NCBI GenBank assembly: GCA_039811685.1
Contig: JBDHZC010000005.1
Span: 64,001-128,000, forward strand
Direction: 5' to 3'
Length of the DNA stretch: 64,000 bases
DNA from: Armatimonadota bacterium
Lineage (GTDB): Bacteria; Armatimonadota; UBA5829; DSUL01
A program made the position numbers and the translations under genes. Of the stretch, positions 36,127-46,719 are shown in pieces (position 1 is the first letter of the stretch; each line of letters begins with the position of its first letter). Below the pieces are notes generated by a model. The model ran no database searches and had not been told where the DNA came from. It was given only the letters and a program-made list of their open reading frames with translations.

Positions 36127-36870
36127 TTGCCATTTAGAAAGATAGCTGCCACGTTATTTGTGGCTTTTGTCGCCGTTCTGGCGGCTGAAGGAGTTTCCCG
36201 GGCGGAGTCACCCGCAGAGCTGCGAAAGCAGGTGCACGAAGCGACAAAAGGCTTCAGAGACATCCAGGCGGATGTGAACATAGCCTACTCCAACCAGACT
36301 GAGCTCGCAAAGATCGGAAAAGACTTCGGGCAGGCGTACAGATTCAAGAACTCCAGGATGATGTTCGAGACGCCGAACAAGTTCAAAATGACAGCTCGTG
36401 CCGGGCTGGTCAACGTCAGCTATATTGTCACCGGTAACACCAAGAAAATCCGGGCTGGCATAATCAACAAGACCGAAGATATCTCAAAAGAACCGCATAA
36501 GCGGCAGACGATTTTGGATGCGGGGCTTGCCAACGACAGTCTGTGGAGCTCGTACAACGTGGAGCAGGTGTCGAAAAGTGCGTGGGACAAGCAGCCTGCG
36601 CTGAAAGTGCAGTTGTCCCTGTCAAACTCGCCACAGAAGAAGCAGTACATCTATCTCAATCCGAAAGACTTCCGGCTGCTGGCGCGAGAGAAGCGGGAAG
36701 CGAACGGATCATTGATTGCCCGCTATGTTTACAGCAAGTTCAAAGAGTACGCGGGCGTGTGGATTCCCACAGAGATACGCGTGTATAACGGGGCGGGAAA
36801 ACTGGGTGGCACCAGCGTTTACAGCAACATCAAAGTCAACAAGGGGATTCCCGACAGCGAGTTCAAATGA
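36127..36870 (+). CDS. Exported LolA-like / outer-membrane lipoprotein-sorting protein
   Basis: AAGGAAGG RBS, signal peptide, FETPNKFKM, GVWIPTEI and NIKVNKGIPDSEF terminus. Confidence 0.7.
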   Translation: MPFRKIAATLFVAFVAVLAAEGVSRAESPAELRKQVHEATKGFRDIQADVNIAYSNQTELAKIGKDFGQAYRFKNSRMMFETPNKFKMTARAGLVNVSYIVTGNTKKIRAGIINKTEDISKEPHKRQTILDAGLANDSLWSSYNVEQVSKSAWDKQPALKVQLSLSNSPQKKQYIYLNPKDFRLLAREKREANGSLIARYVYSKFKEYAGVWIPTEIRVYNGAGKLGGTSVYSNIKVNKGIPDSEFK

Positions 36871-36936
36871 GCAGGTGGGACGGATACAGATAGAAAGATC
36901 CAAAAGTTTGCGCGCGGCCAGTGAGTCTGAAGACTG

Positions 36937-37947
36937 ATGCCGAGCCGCTACCGCACTATTGACCTCAGCCAGATCACACCGACGAGCATTCAGGGGCGTG
37001 AGAGCAAAGTTCACATTGCCGACTTCGCCTCTCCTCTGAAACCTGGGGCTACTGTCCGGGAGCTGATTGACAGTCTGCCGCACATTCTGGCCGGTGACGA
37101 TTTACGCACCGCTATCGACGCCGTAGCGCAGGCCGCCCTGAAACGCCGCGCTGTTGTGTTGTGCTTTGGAGCGCACGTCATCAAGACTGGTCAGGCGCCA
37201 GTGCTGATAGATCTGATGCGCCGCGGCGTAATCTCCACTCTCGCTACTAACGGCGCCAGCGTCATTCACGACTCGGAGATAGCGCTGTTCGGACACACAA
37301 GCGAGCACGTCGAGAAGGGAATCGGCCGCGGGCTTTTCGGGATGATGAGAGAGACTGCCGACTTCGTAAATACCGCCGCCGTCAGAGGAGCGGAGTCGCA
37401 GCTTGGTTTTGGTGAGGCCGTCGGCAAAGCCCTGCTGGACGCGGACGCGCCGAACAAAGCCGTCTCACTTTTCGCTGCAGCCTACGAGATGAAAATCCCA
37501 ATCACTGTGCATGTGGGAGTGGGGACAGATATCGTGCACATGCATCCGAGTGCGGACGGGGCGTCCATTGGTGATGTGTCGCACAGGGATTTCAAGATTC
37601 TGATCGAATACATGCGGGGTCTTGCGCACGGTGGGGCGTTGCTCAATTTCGGCTCGGCTGTAGTCATGCCGGAAGTCGTTCTGAAAGCTCTGACTGTGCT
37701 GCGCAATCTCAACGTGGATATGAGCGGATTTACGAGTGTCAACATGGACTTTCTGCAGCACTACAGGTCCAGCCAGCAGATTGTGGAGCGCGTCCGGGAG
37801 ATTGGTGGGCAGGGAGTGAGTCTGACGGGTCACCACGAGATAATGATCCCGCTATTTGCCGCTGGCGTTCTGGAAAGGCTCAGGGAGTCTCGCGAGGAGA
37901 CAGAGTCCCCTGCGCTTTCGGACGCAGAGGTGAACACGGTTGGCTGA
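36937..37947 (+). CDS. Conserved hypothetical protein, deoxyhypusine-synthase-like fold, in the LPS-core cluster
   Basis: GAHVIKTG, IHDSEIA, GTDIVHMHP and GHHEIMIPL motifs. Confidence 0.65.
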   Translation: MPSRYRTIDLSQITPTSIQGRESKVHIADFASPLKPGATVRELIDSLPHILAGDDLRTAIDAVAQAALKRRAVVLCFGAHVIKTGQAPVLIDLMRRGVISTLATNGASVIHDSEIALFGHTSEHVEKGIGRGLFGMMRETADFVNTAAVRGAESQLGFGEAVGKALLDADAPNKAVSLFAAAYEMKIPITVHVGVGTDIVHMHPSADGASIGDVSHRDFKILIEYMRGLAHGGALLNFGSAVVMPEVVLKALTVLRNLNVDMSGFTSVNMDFLQHYRSSQQIVERVREIGGQGVSLTGHHEIMIPLFAAGVLERLRESREETESPALSDAEVNTVG

Positions 37948-38947
37948 CGGACACGCAGCGCTGCTGGAACTCCTGGAGCGGCTCCCCGGGCGGCGTATCG
38001 CTGTCGTCGGCGATGTGATGCTGGATGAGTACCTGCACGGCGGCGTGAAGCGGGTCTCCCCGGAGGCCCCGGTCCTGGTGGTGGACGTTGACAGGATGAC
38101 CTGGGCGCCGGGAGGAGCGGCCAACGTCGCGGCCAATATCCGCGCGCTCGGCGCGGAGGTGTCGCTGATCGGGCTTGTTGGAAAAGACTACGCAGCAGAC
38201 AGGCTGCGAAGGCTGCTCGAGGATATGCAGGTTGGCACAGATGGCCTGCTGGAAGACCCGAACAGGGACACAAGTCTCAAGACGCGCATCATTGCGCACC
38301 ATCAGCAGGTCGTACGCGTGGATCGAGAGAGGCGAGAGAAGCCGTCCGAAGCCCTGGTGCGCAAGCTCCGGCTACAGATTGAGGAGAAGCTGGCTGAGTG
38401 CGACGCACTGGTTGTCTCGGACTACAACAAGGGCGTTGTCGGAGAGCTTACGCAGACGGCTGTAACAAAAGCCCGTGAAGCCGGGGTCCTGGTGACGTCA
38501 AACCCCAAGCCTGCAAATCTGCGCTTCTTTCAGGGCGCTGATGTGATTACCCTCAACAACCTTGAGGCGGAAGCGGCTTCCGGGGAAAGTATTGACGGAC
38601 TGAAGGCGCTGGTCAGGGCCGGAGCGAAAATAGTGCGCAAGACCCGCGCCGGATGTATTGTCATCACGCGGGGCGCGAACGGAATGAGCGTTTTCCGCCA
38701 GGCGGAGCAATCCGCAGAACCCGCGCATATCCCGGGAATGCCGGTTGAGGTTTACGACGTGGCTGGCGCAGGCGATACGGTCGTCAGCACACTCACGCTT
38801 GCAATGGCGGCTGGAGCGGACGAAGTGCAGGCCGCGACACTGGCTAACTACGCTGCTGCGACTGTCGTTAGAAAAGTGGGCGTGGCATGCGTGTCCACCG
38901 CAGAAGTTGCCAATCTGATCAGAGAATCCGAGAGCAGATCAATTTGA
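37940..38947 (+). CDS. rfaE1: D-glycero-beta-D-manno-heptose-7-phosphate kinase
   Basis: VVGDVMLDEY...RVSPEAPV, SDYNKG and DVAGAGDT. Confidence 0.93.
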   Translation: MADGHAALLELLERLPGRRIAVVGDVMLDEYLHGGVKRVSPEAPVLVVDVDRMTWAPGGAANVAANIRALGAEVSLIGLVGKDYAADRLRRLLEDMQVGTDGLLEDPNRDTSLKTRIIAHHQQVVRVDRERREKPSEALVRKLRLQIEEKLAECDALVVSDYNKGVVGELTQTAVTKAREAGVLVTSNPKPANLRFFQGADVITLNNLEAEAASGESIDGLKALVRAGAKIVRKTRAGCIVITRGANGMSVFRQAEQSAEPAHIPGMPVEVYDVAGAGDTVVSTLTLAMAAGADEVQAATLANYAAATVVRKVGVACVSTAEVANLIRESESRSI

Positions 38948-39465
38948 GCAATCTCCATGGCGCAAAGCCCGGCGACGAAGACTCCACCTGCCGGATACTG
39001 GACAGAAAACGGCTCAGCGAGTATTGCGCGCGCTGGCGCGAAGAAGGTCTGACCATCGTCTTCACAAACGGCTGCTTTGACATTTTGCACATTGGACATG
39101 CCCGCTACCTGGCGCAGGCGAAAGCTCTCGGAGACCGGTTGGTAGTGGGTGTAAACTCAGACGCATCCACCCGGCGTCTCAAGGGTCCCGAGCGCCCGAT
39201 AGTTCCGGAAAGCGAGCGCGCGGAAATGCTGGCGAGTCTGCGCGTTGTAGATGCCGTGTCAATTTTCGACGAACCTCGCCCGGACGACCTCATCCGCGCC
39301 GTACGCCCACATATCCACACTAAGGGTGGAGACTACCGGCCGGAGGAGCTGCCCGAAGCGGCGACGGTGGCAGAAGTGGGTGGCGTTGTGAAGATTTTGG
39401 GACTCGTGCAAGATCGCTCGACATCGCGCCTGCTGGAGCTTATTCGACGCACGGAGCAGGACTGA
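38944..39465 (+). CDS. rfaE2: D-glycero-beta-D-manno-heptose-1-phosphate adenylyltransferase
   Basis: FTNGCFDILHIGH, VGVNSDAS and KGGDY. Confidence 0.94.
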   Translation: MSNLHGAKPGDEDSTCRILDRKRLSEYCARWREEGLTIVFTNGCFDILHIGHARYLAQAKALGDRLVVGVNSDASTRRLKGPERPIVPESERAEMLASLRVVDAVSIFDEPRPDDLIRAVRPHIHTKGGDYRPEELPEAATVAEVGGVVKILGLVQDRSTSRLLELIRRTEQD

Positions 39466-39477
39466 GAGGCCCTCTGC

Positions 39478-40209
39478 ATGCGCGGTCAAAAGACTCTCGG
39501 AGTAATCCCGGCCAGGCTGGCGGCTACCCGGCTTCCCAACAAGCCACTGTTGGAGATTTGCGGCAGGCCAATGATTCAGTGGGTATGGGAGCGCTGCCGC
39601 CGGGCGAAGTTGCTGGATGATATCGTCGTAGCTACGCCGGACGAGGCAATTGCGGAAGCCTGTCGCAGCTTTGGCGCGAACGCTGTGTTGACAAAGCCAG
39701 AGCACCCGACCGGAACAGACCGTGTTGCGGAAGTAGCCGCAACCTGTGACGCGGATATCATCGTCAACATCCAGGGCGATGAGCCGCTGATTGCTCCGGA
39801 GGCGCTGGATGAGCTCATTCGGGCCTTTACGGAGTCCGACGCGCAAATGGGCAGCCTGATGTTCCAAATACCACCTGAAGAGGACGCCGCTGATCCGAAC
39901 CTGGTCAAGGTAGTCACGGCTTTGGACTCTACAGCGCTCTATTTCTCCCGCAGCCCTGTGCCCTTTGCTAGAGGTGCCCCGGATCCACTTCGCTACGGAC
40001 ATGTGGGAATCTACATCTACCGCCGGGCTGATCTGCTTGCGTTCACACGGCTTGCCCGCACGCCGCTGGAGATTGCGGAGTCACTGGAGCAGCTCCGGGC
40101 TCTTGAGTCTGGTTGGAAGATAAAGATGGCGCTGACGGACTACCGTCCGATTGGAGTGGACACACCGGCGGACCTGGAGCGTGTGCGCGAGGCTCTTTCG
40201 GCGGCCTGA
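39478..40209 (+). CDS. kdsB: 3-deoxy-manno-octulosonate cytidylyltransferase
   Basis: IPARLAATRLPNKPL, NIQGDEP, ALYFSRSPVP and ESLEQLRALE. Confidence 0.95.
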   Translation: MRGQKTLGVIPARLAATRLPNKPLLEICGRPMIQWVWERCRRAKLLDDIVVATPDEAIAEACRSFGANAVLTKPEHPTGTDRVAEVAATCDADIIVNIQGDEPLIAPEALDELIRAFTESDAQMGSLMFQIPPEEDAADPNLVKVVTALDSTALYFSRSPVPFARGAPDPLRYGHVGIYIYRRADLLAFTRLARTPLEIAESLEQLRALESGWKIKMALTDYRPIGVDTPADLERVREALSAA

Positions 40210-40212
40210 CGC

Positions 40213-40653
40213 TCAGCCTTGCCGCGAGCGGTTCCTATTGTGGAAATACACCCGGACGAACTCTCGCTGTGCCTCTGTCTGAGGCAACCCGACCCACGTA
40301 AATGCCCGCTCAAGATCCTGCAGCCGCGCAGCCAAATGAGCGCAAGCCACAGTGCGGCAGCGTCCAACGCCCATGTAGCAGTGCACCAGAGCCGGCTTAC
40401 CTTCCGCGCGCCACCGCTCAAGCAGTCCATCCATCTCCTCCATCAGGCGCAATCCGGGAGAGGTCATATCCTCCAACCGGCGAAACCGGTGTTCAATTTC
40501 CGCCTGCCTGAAGAGAGCCTGAATATTCCCTGAAACAGGGTGGAGCGACAACACAGCCCGAATGCCCATGCGCTCAAGAAGACGAACGTCGCCCTCGGTT
40601 GACGGCAAGGAGCCGGTAGCCAGTTCATTTTCGACAGCCCAGTGAAAGTCCAT
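40213..40653 (-). CDS. Dual-specificity / tyrosine protein phosphatase family protein
   Basis: VHCYMGVGR (HCX5R). Confidence 0.88.
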   Translation of the reverse strand: MDFHWAVENELATGSLPSTEGDVRLLERMGIRAVLSLHPVSGNIQALFRQAEIEHRFRRLEDMTSPGLRLMEEMDGLLERWRAEGKPALVHCYMGVGRCRTVACAHLAARLQDLERAFTWVGLPQTEAQREFVRVYFHNRNRSRQG

Positions 40654-40952
40654 AATGTCGCATTATGCAACGTCAACGACGATAGTTCTGTCTTTTGGAT
40701 GACAAAAGTATCTGCGGTTGACGGCTGGACACGGGCTATGGAGTGTTTTGTCGGCAGGCCCCAACCGTGTCGCAGGTTAGAAGCGACTGATTTTCGGACA
40801 ATCGAAGTCCAAAGGACGCGCGCAAAAGTTGAGAATCGCATCCCTGCTGCGCCGAAGTGTCCGTCCGGCGTCTTCAGGTTTGCCGGGCGGCCGGTCGCGG
40901 TATATAATCCAGCAGCCCTGGCAGGCTGAACTTTGCAAGGAGAAGCACTATC

Positions 40953-42305
40953 TTGGCAGACCTGAACCCGACCATCTTCAAAGCGTACGACATCCGCGGA
41001 ACCTACCCGGACCAGTTGAACGAAGACGCCGTTTACCGGATTTGCCGCGCCTATGGCACGATGCTGAAGGGAAAGACGGCGATTGTCGGGCACGACATGC
41101 GCCTGTCGTGGGAAGCCCTGTTCCCTGAAGTTCTGCGAGGCCTGACAGACGCGGGGCTGGATGTATGGGACGTCGGGCTGGTCAGCACGCCGCTGTACTA
41201 CTACTGCGTAAATGCACTGAAAGGCGATGTCGGAATAATGCTCACGGCATCGCACAACCCCGGCGAGTACAACGGCATCAAACCCACGGGCCCGCAGGCC
41301 ATCCCCAGCATCTCTTTCGTGTCCAACACAGAGATTCAGAAGCTCGCCAACTCACAGGATTTTCCGCAACCTCCTCAAAAGGGGCGCATCCTGGGCAAGA
41401 AGGACGTGCTGAATGACTACATTGAAGCAGTCATAAAGACTTCCGGCCTGCACGACGCAGGCGGTATGAAGGTGGCCATTGATACCGCTAACGCTATGGG
41501 TGGCCTGACGGCTCCCAAGATCGCTGAGCGCATCAATCTGAAGGCCTTTCCGCTCTACTGGGACATTCACGGCGGCTTTCCCAATCACGAAGCCAACCCG
41601 CTGCACGAGGAGACTCTGATTGCGCTAAAAGCCAAAGTCCGCGATGAAGGCGCCGCGCTGGGAGTGGCCTATGACGGAGACGCGGACCGTGTGGGTTTCG
41701 TTGACGAAAAAGGCGACACCATTCCCGGAGATATGATCACCGCGCTTCTGGCGCGCCAGATTCTCAAGCAGCACCCCGGCGCCACAATCCTTTACGATCT
41801 ACGCTCAAGCTGGTCGGTGAAAGAAGAGATTGAGAAGGCAGGCGGCAAGGCTGTGATGTGCCAGGTTGGGCACGGACTCATCAAGCGGCAGATGCGCGAA
41901 GGCGACGCGATTTTCGCCGGCGAGCTCTCCAGCCACTACTACTTCCGCGACTTCTTCATCACTGACAATGGAGATCTGGCGATGCTGGGCATATTGTCTC
42001 TGCTGAAAGAAGCCAGCGAGACTGCAAGTGAGCTCTGGCGGCCCATCAAGCGCTACTTCCATTCAGGAGAAATCAACTCGCAGGTGAAAGATCAGCACGC
42101 TAAACTCCAGGAGCTGGAAGACAAGTATGGCCCCAGCGCGCAGACAGTGCTGCACCTTGACGGACTGACAGTGGAGTACGCGGACTGGTGGTTCAATGTG
42201 CGCCCATCCAACACGGAGCCTTATCTGCGCCTCAATCTGGAATCCAAAGACGAAAAGCAGATGGAGGCCAAACGCGACGAACTCCTTGCGTTGATCCGCA
42301 GTTAG
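40953..42305 (+). CDS. Phosphomannomutase/phosphoglucomutase
   Basis: FKAYDIRG, TASHNP, DGDADR and RPSNTEP. Confidence 0.95.
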   Translation: MADLNPTIFKAYDIRGTYPDQLNEDAVYRICRAYGTMLKGKTAIVGHDMRLSWEALFPEVLRGLTDAGLDVWDVGLVSTPLYYYCVNALKGDVGIMLTASHNPGEYNGIKPTGPQAIPSISFVSNTEIQKLANSQDFPQPPQKGRILGKKDVLNDYIEAVIKTSGLHDAGGMKVAIDTANAMGGLTAPKIAERINLKAFPLYWDIHGGFPNHEANPLHEETLIALKAKVRDEGAALGVAYDGDADRVGFVDEKGDTIPGDMITALLARQILKQHPGATILYDLRSSWSVKEEIEKAGGKAVMCQVGHGLIKRQMREGDAIFAGELSSHYYFRDFFITDNGDLAMLGILSLLKEASETASELWRPIKRYFHSGEINSQVKDQHAKLQELEDKYGPSAQTVLHLDGLTVEYADWWFNVRPSNTEPYLRLNLESKDEKQMEAKRDELLALIRS

Positions 42306-42428
42306 AGTGAGTGGCCTTCAGCGGCGCACAGGCCCGGCCGGGACTGCTGGCAGGAAGGAATAAGCCCGCTTTGCGTCATAGTCTGCAACTGACACATACG
42401 CATCAAACAGGCGGGCACACTCTCTACC

Positions 42429-43706
42429 ATGCTTGACATCAAACTTATCCGATCAGACCCTGACGCTGTACGCCGGCGGCTCAGCCGCCGCGGTTATGGC
42501 GAGGCCGTCGATCAGCTCTTGAGCCTGGATGAAGACCGCCGCCGTTTGATCCAACAGGTTGAAGACCTCAAAGCGCGACGCAACGCCGCTTCTGAAGAAA
42601 TTGCCCGGGTCAAAAAGGAAAAAGGCGACGCCTCCAGCATCATCAGCGAGATGAAGCAGGTCTCCGACGAGATTAAAGCGCTGGACGCAGAGCTGAAGTC
42701 TGTCGATGATGCGCTGGATGAGCGCCTGAGTGACCTGCCTAACCTTCCTGACGAGAGCGTGCCGGACGGCGCCGGGGAAGAGGACAATGTCGAGATTGAG
42801 CGCTCAGGTGATCCGCCATCGCTCAGCTTTGAGCCGAAACCCCACTGGGATATTGCGACTGCGCTGGACATCATAGACTTCGAGCGTGGGGCAAAGCTGG
42901 CTGGCTCCGGTTTCATTCTCTACAAGAGGCTGGGCGCGCGGCTTGAGCGGGCGCTGATCAACTTCATGCTGGACATGCATACCACCAGTCACGGCTATAC
43001 CGAGGTGTGGCCACCGTACCTGGCGCTGCCTTCCGTGATGTACGGGACGGGTAAGCTTCCGAAGTTCAAGGACGACATGTACTGGGTGACCGAGGACGAT
43101 CTGTATCTCAACCCAACTGCGGAGGTCCCGATTACCTGTATCCACATGGACGAGATTCTGTCGCCAGGAACACTGCCACTTCGCCACACCGGATATTGCG
43201 CCAGCTTTCGCCGCGAAGCCGGCGCCGCCGGCAAAGACACCCGGGGACTTATCCGCCTGCACCAGTTTGACAAAGTGGAGCTCGTACAACTCACGGAACC
43301 GGAAAAGAGCTACGACGCGCTGGAGGAGATGCTGAAGCAGGCAAAAAATGTTGTCGAAGCGCTTGGCTTTACTTACCGCGTCCTCAACTGCTGTGCGGGA
43401 GACATCGGTCAGGCCGCCTCCAAGATGTACGATGTGGAGATCTGGGCGCCCGGGCTGGGCAAGTGGCTGGAGGTCTCCAGCGTTTCAAACTGCACGGACT
43501 ACCAGGCGCGCCGCGCCAACATTCGCTTTCGCAGAGAGCCAACCGCAAAGCCGGAGTTTGTCCACACGCTGAACGGCAGCGGAATAGCGCTTCCGCGCAC
43601 GATGATCACGCTCATAGAAACTTATCAACAACCTGACGGCTCTGTCCTCATCCCCGAAGTCCTGCGCCCCTATATGGGCGGCATGGAAGTCATTTCCTCA
43701 TCCTAG
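42429..43706 (+). CDS. serS: Serine--tRNA ligase
   Basis: MLDIKLIR, PTAEVP, FRREAG, HQFDKVE and HTLNGSG. Confidence 0.98.
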   Translation: MLDIKLIRSDPDAVRRRLSRRGYGEAVDQLLSLDEDRRRLIQQVEDLKARRNAASEEIARVKKEKGDASSIISEMKQVSDEIKALDAELKSVDDALDERLSDLPNLPDESVPDGAGEEDNVEIERSGDPPSLSFEPKPHWDIATALDIIDFERGAKLAGSGFILYKRLGARLERALINFMLDMHTTSHGYTEVWPPYLALPSVMYGTGKLPKFKDDMYWVTEDDLYLNPTAEVPITCIHMDEILSPGTLPLRHTGYCASFRREAGAAGKDTRGLIRLHQFDKVELVQLTEPEKSYDALEEMLKQAKNVVEALGFTYRVLNCCAGDIGQAASKMYDVEIWAPGLGKWLEVSSVSNCTDYQARRANIRFRREPTAKPEFVHTLNGSGIALPRTMITLIETYQQPDGSVLIPEVLRPYMGGMEVISSS

Positions 43707-43856
43707 ACGGCACGCACCTCTGTTTCTGAGCGAGTAGTCGCGGACGTTAGCACCTGGCAGGGCTTCATTTCCTGTACGGATGAGTCTGCCAAACACGCTG
43801 AGAAAAGGAAGCGGTTCTGCGTGGCTTTTCCGTATCGCGGTTATAATTTCACAGCC

Positions 43857-45347
43857 ATGAAAACACAAACTCAGATTTCCTCCGTCACAGAGCATGCTTG
43901 CGACGCTCTGATTGTCAATCTTTTTGAAGGCGTTACCACACCGGGCGGCGCGACAGGCGCGGTGGACAAGGCGCTCGGCGGCCTGATCAGCCAGCTTATC
44001 GCGCAGGAGAAGTTCGAGGGCAAGCTCGGAAAGACTCTGCTCATTCACTCGCAGGGGAAGATTCCCGCTGCTCGCGTTGTGCTGGTGGGACTGGGCAAAT
44101 CGCAGGACTTCACGCTGGAAGCTGTGCGCAGAGCGTCCGCTGCCGCTATTCGCAAAGCCAGAGAAGCCCGTGCGGCCAGCGTGTCGTCCATCTCGCACGG
44201 GGCGCGCATCGGCGGGCTGGAGCCAGCCTCCGCCGCTCAGGCGACAGTGGAAGGCGCCCTGATCGCCAGCTATGAGTTCACCAAGTACAAGAGCAAGCCA
44301 GACAACGCCGCAATCGAGAGCTTCACCCTCATAAGCAACGATCCGGCTGAGGTTGAAAAGCTGGAACGGGGGGCGCGGAAGGGTCAGATCGTAGCGGAGG
44401 CTGTCAACGAAGCGCGCGACCTCATCAACACACCGGCAAGCGATGTGTATCCGGAGATGCTTGCCGGGTATGCGGAGGCGCTGGCGCATGAGGCGGGCCT
44501 CGGCGCGCGGGTGCTGGACCGCGAGGAGTGCGAGCGCATGGGTATGGGCGCTTTTCTGGCGGTAGCCAAAGGCTCTGAGCGGCCCCCCAGATTCATCGTC
44601 CTGAAGCACACGGTCGAAGGTGCGAAAAAGACTGTCGCTATTGTCGGCAAGGGTGTTACATTCGACACCGGCGGCTACTGCATCAAGACGGCGGAATCCA
44701 TGTTTACGATGAAGGATGATATGTCCGGGGCGGCGGCGGTGCTTGCGGCGATGCGGGCCGTCGGCAGGCTGAAGCCCGGCGTAAACGTCATGGGCATCGT
44801 GGCGGCCACGGAGAACATGATCAGCGGGTCAGCGTACCGTCCGGGCGATGTGGTGCGCGCGATGAACGGCAAGACCATCGAGATTGAGAACACGGACGCC
44901 GAGGGGCGCGTCACCCTCTCCGATGCGCTGTCCTACGCCGCTTCTGAAGGCGCGGATGAGATTATTGATCTGGCTACGCTGACGGGCGCATGCGTGGTGG
45001 CTCTTGGAAGGCGCATCAGCGGGCTGTTCTGCAACAACGACGCTTTGAGAGCGCGGCTGATGGAGGCTTCCGATACCTCAGGGGATCTTCTCTGGGACAT
45101 GCCGCTGCTTGCCGACTACTTCGAGCAGATTGAAAGCAAGGTCGCGGATATGAAGAACACCGGCGGCCGGGAAGCCGGAGCGACGACCGCCGCGCTTCTG
45201 CTGCAGGAGTTTGTGGACGCTAAGCCCTGGGCGCACATTGACATCGCCGGTCCGGCATTTGTGAGTAAGGACAACGGGCTGGTCTCCTACGGCGGGACGG
45301 GAGCGGGCGTGCGGCTGCTGATTGAGTATCTGACGCGAGGGCAGTAG
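43857..45347 (+). CDS. pepA: Leucyl aminopeptidase (M17)
   Basis: VGKGVTFDTGG, MKDDMSG, NTDAEGR and WAHIDIAG. Confidence 0.96.
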   Translation: MKTQTQISSVTEHACDALIVNLFEGVTTPGGATGAVDKALGGLISQLIAQEKFEGKLGKTLLIHSQGKIPAARVVLVGLGKSQDFTLEAVRRASAAAIRKAREARAASVSSISHGARIGGLEPASAAQATVEGALIASYEFTKYKSKPDNAAIESFTLISNDPAEVEKLERGARKGQIVAEAVNEARDLINTPASDVYPEMLAGYAEALAHEAGLGARVLDREECERMGMGAFLAVAKGSERPPRFIVLKHTVEGAKKTVAIVGKGVTFDTGGYCIKTAESMFTMKDDMSGAAAVLAAMRAVGRLKPGVNVMGIVAATENMISGSAYRPGDVVRAMNGKTIEIENTDAEGRVTLSDALSYAASEGADEIIDLATLTGACVVALGRRISGLFCNNDALRARLMEASDTSGDLLWDMPLLADYFEQIESKVADMKNTGGREAGATTAALLLQEFVDAKPWAHIDIAGPAFVSKDNGLVSYGGTGAGVRLLIEYLTRGQ

Positions 45348-45351
45348 GCGC

Positions 45352-46203
45352 TTGCTGTGGGTTCTGCTGGCTCTGGCGGGTCTGATCGCCTATGCGCTTC
45401 TGATAGAGCCTTTCGCCGTGCGTCTGCGGAGGGTGACGATGTGGTGCCCGCGTCTGCCGGAGAGCTTCGACGGCTTTACCGTTCTTCAGATCAGCGATGT
45501 GCACATGGAGAAGATGGGGCTGCGGGAGCGCCGGGTCGCGCGTCTGATTCGCGGGCTGACGCCGGATGTCGTCGCCATCACAGGGGACCTTGCCGGGGAC
45601 GGGCCTTCGGGGGAAGCCCTCGCTCAGATAGCGCTTGAGAGCCAGCCGCGCCTCGGCGTCTTTGCGATCTCCGGCAACTCCGATGTGCGCCATCCGGAGC
45701 AGTACCGCGAGGTGCAGGCGGCCATGCGCTCGCTTGGAGTGGTCTTTCTGGAGAACGAACACCGGGCGCTGGAGCGCGGCGGAGAGAAGTTTGTGCTGGC
45801 CGGTGTCGAAGACCCACACACGGGGCTGGACGATCTGAACAAAGCTCTCGAAGGCGCGCCGCCGGGAGCTTTCATCTTTCTTCTTGCCCATGCGCCCTCC
45901 ATCGCCATCCCCGCTATCGAAAAGGGCGTGGACTGCGTGATCAGCGGACACACGCACGGCGGGCAGCTTGCGCTCCCCTTTTTGGGACCTCTCTTTACCC
46001 GCTCCGGGCACGGCAAAGCGCTCGCGGCGGGTCACGTTTACGGGCAGAAGCTGAAGGACGCGGTCGAGGTGGACCCTGGCGTAACCCAGATCTACGTCAG
46101 CCGGGGCATTGGCGCGAGCTTCCTGCCCGTGCGCTTTCTCAGCCCTCCGGAGGTGGCCATCTTCACCCTCCGCCGCGCTTCCGGCCCTCACCTGAAGACC
46201 TGA
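45352..46203 (+). CDS. Calcineurin-like metallophosphoesterase (YkuE-like)
   Basis: SDVH, TGD, GNSD and SGHTHGGQ motifs. Confidence 0.9.
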   Translation: MLWVLLALAGLIAYALLIEPFAVRLRRVTMWCPRLPESFDGFTVLQISDVHMEKMGLRERRVARLIRGLTPDVVAITGDLAGDGPSGEALAQIALESQPRLGVFAISGNSDVRHPEQYREVQAAMRSLGVVFLENEHRALERGGEKFVLAGVEDPHTGLDDLNKALEGAPPGAFIFLLAHAPSIAIPAIEKGVDCVISGHTHGGQLALPFLGPLFTRSGHGKALAAGHVYGQKLKDAVEVDPGVTQIYVSRGIGASFLPVRFLSPPEVAIFTLRRASGPHLKT

Positions 46204-46290
46204 TGGAGCGCGCTCGCCGGAGCAAGGAGGCGCAGAACGGGTAACTTTTTCCGGAATATCACAAAGCCTTCTTGACTCCCGCCCACCCGG

Positions 46291-46719
46291 ATGCTAGCGT
46301 ATGTCTGCGGGCGCTACGCGCGTCCAGCCAGGGAGGACCGGCAGGTGTTCAGACGTCTGGCGTCAGTGGTCATTGCGCTGGCTGCCGCAGGAGTTCTTAT
46401 TCTGAGGTCGGGTCAGAAGACGGCGCAGCCTTCTGGCTACGAGCTCGCACGTGAAACGCCACCTGAGATTTCCATAGTCGCGGGCGAGCGAACCACTATT
46501 TTCGCGAATCTTTCGCTGGATGGCAGTCCTGTTGATGGGGCTACGTTCGACATCACCATTAGCGGCGGCCGACAGCTTCCCCGCAACCACGACCCATCCA
46601 CGATCGGCGCCGCCAAAGCCGCCACCCCGGGTGACGGGATCACGCTGCGCTCCGCCGGAAGCCCGGGGGTACCTGCCGGTGGCCACCGCGTCTTATCATC
46701 TAAAGTAGGACCTTCATGA
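46291..46719 (+). CDS. Hypothetical protein, possibly a truncated gene remnant
   Basis: One hydrophobic segment; ATGA overlap with the next ORF; no recognised domain. Confidence 0.35.
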   Translation: MLAYVCGRYARPAREDRQVFRRLASVVIALAAAGVLILRSGQKTAQPSGYELARETPPEISIVAGERTTIFANLSLDGSPVDGATFDITISGGRQLPRNHDPSTIGAAKAATPGDGITLRSAGSPGVPAGGHRVLSSKVGPS

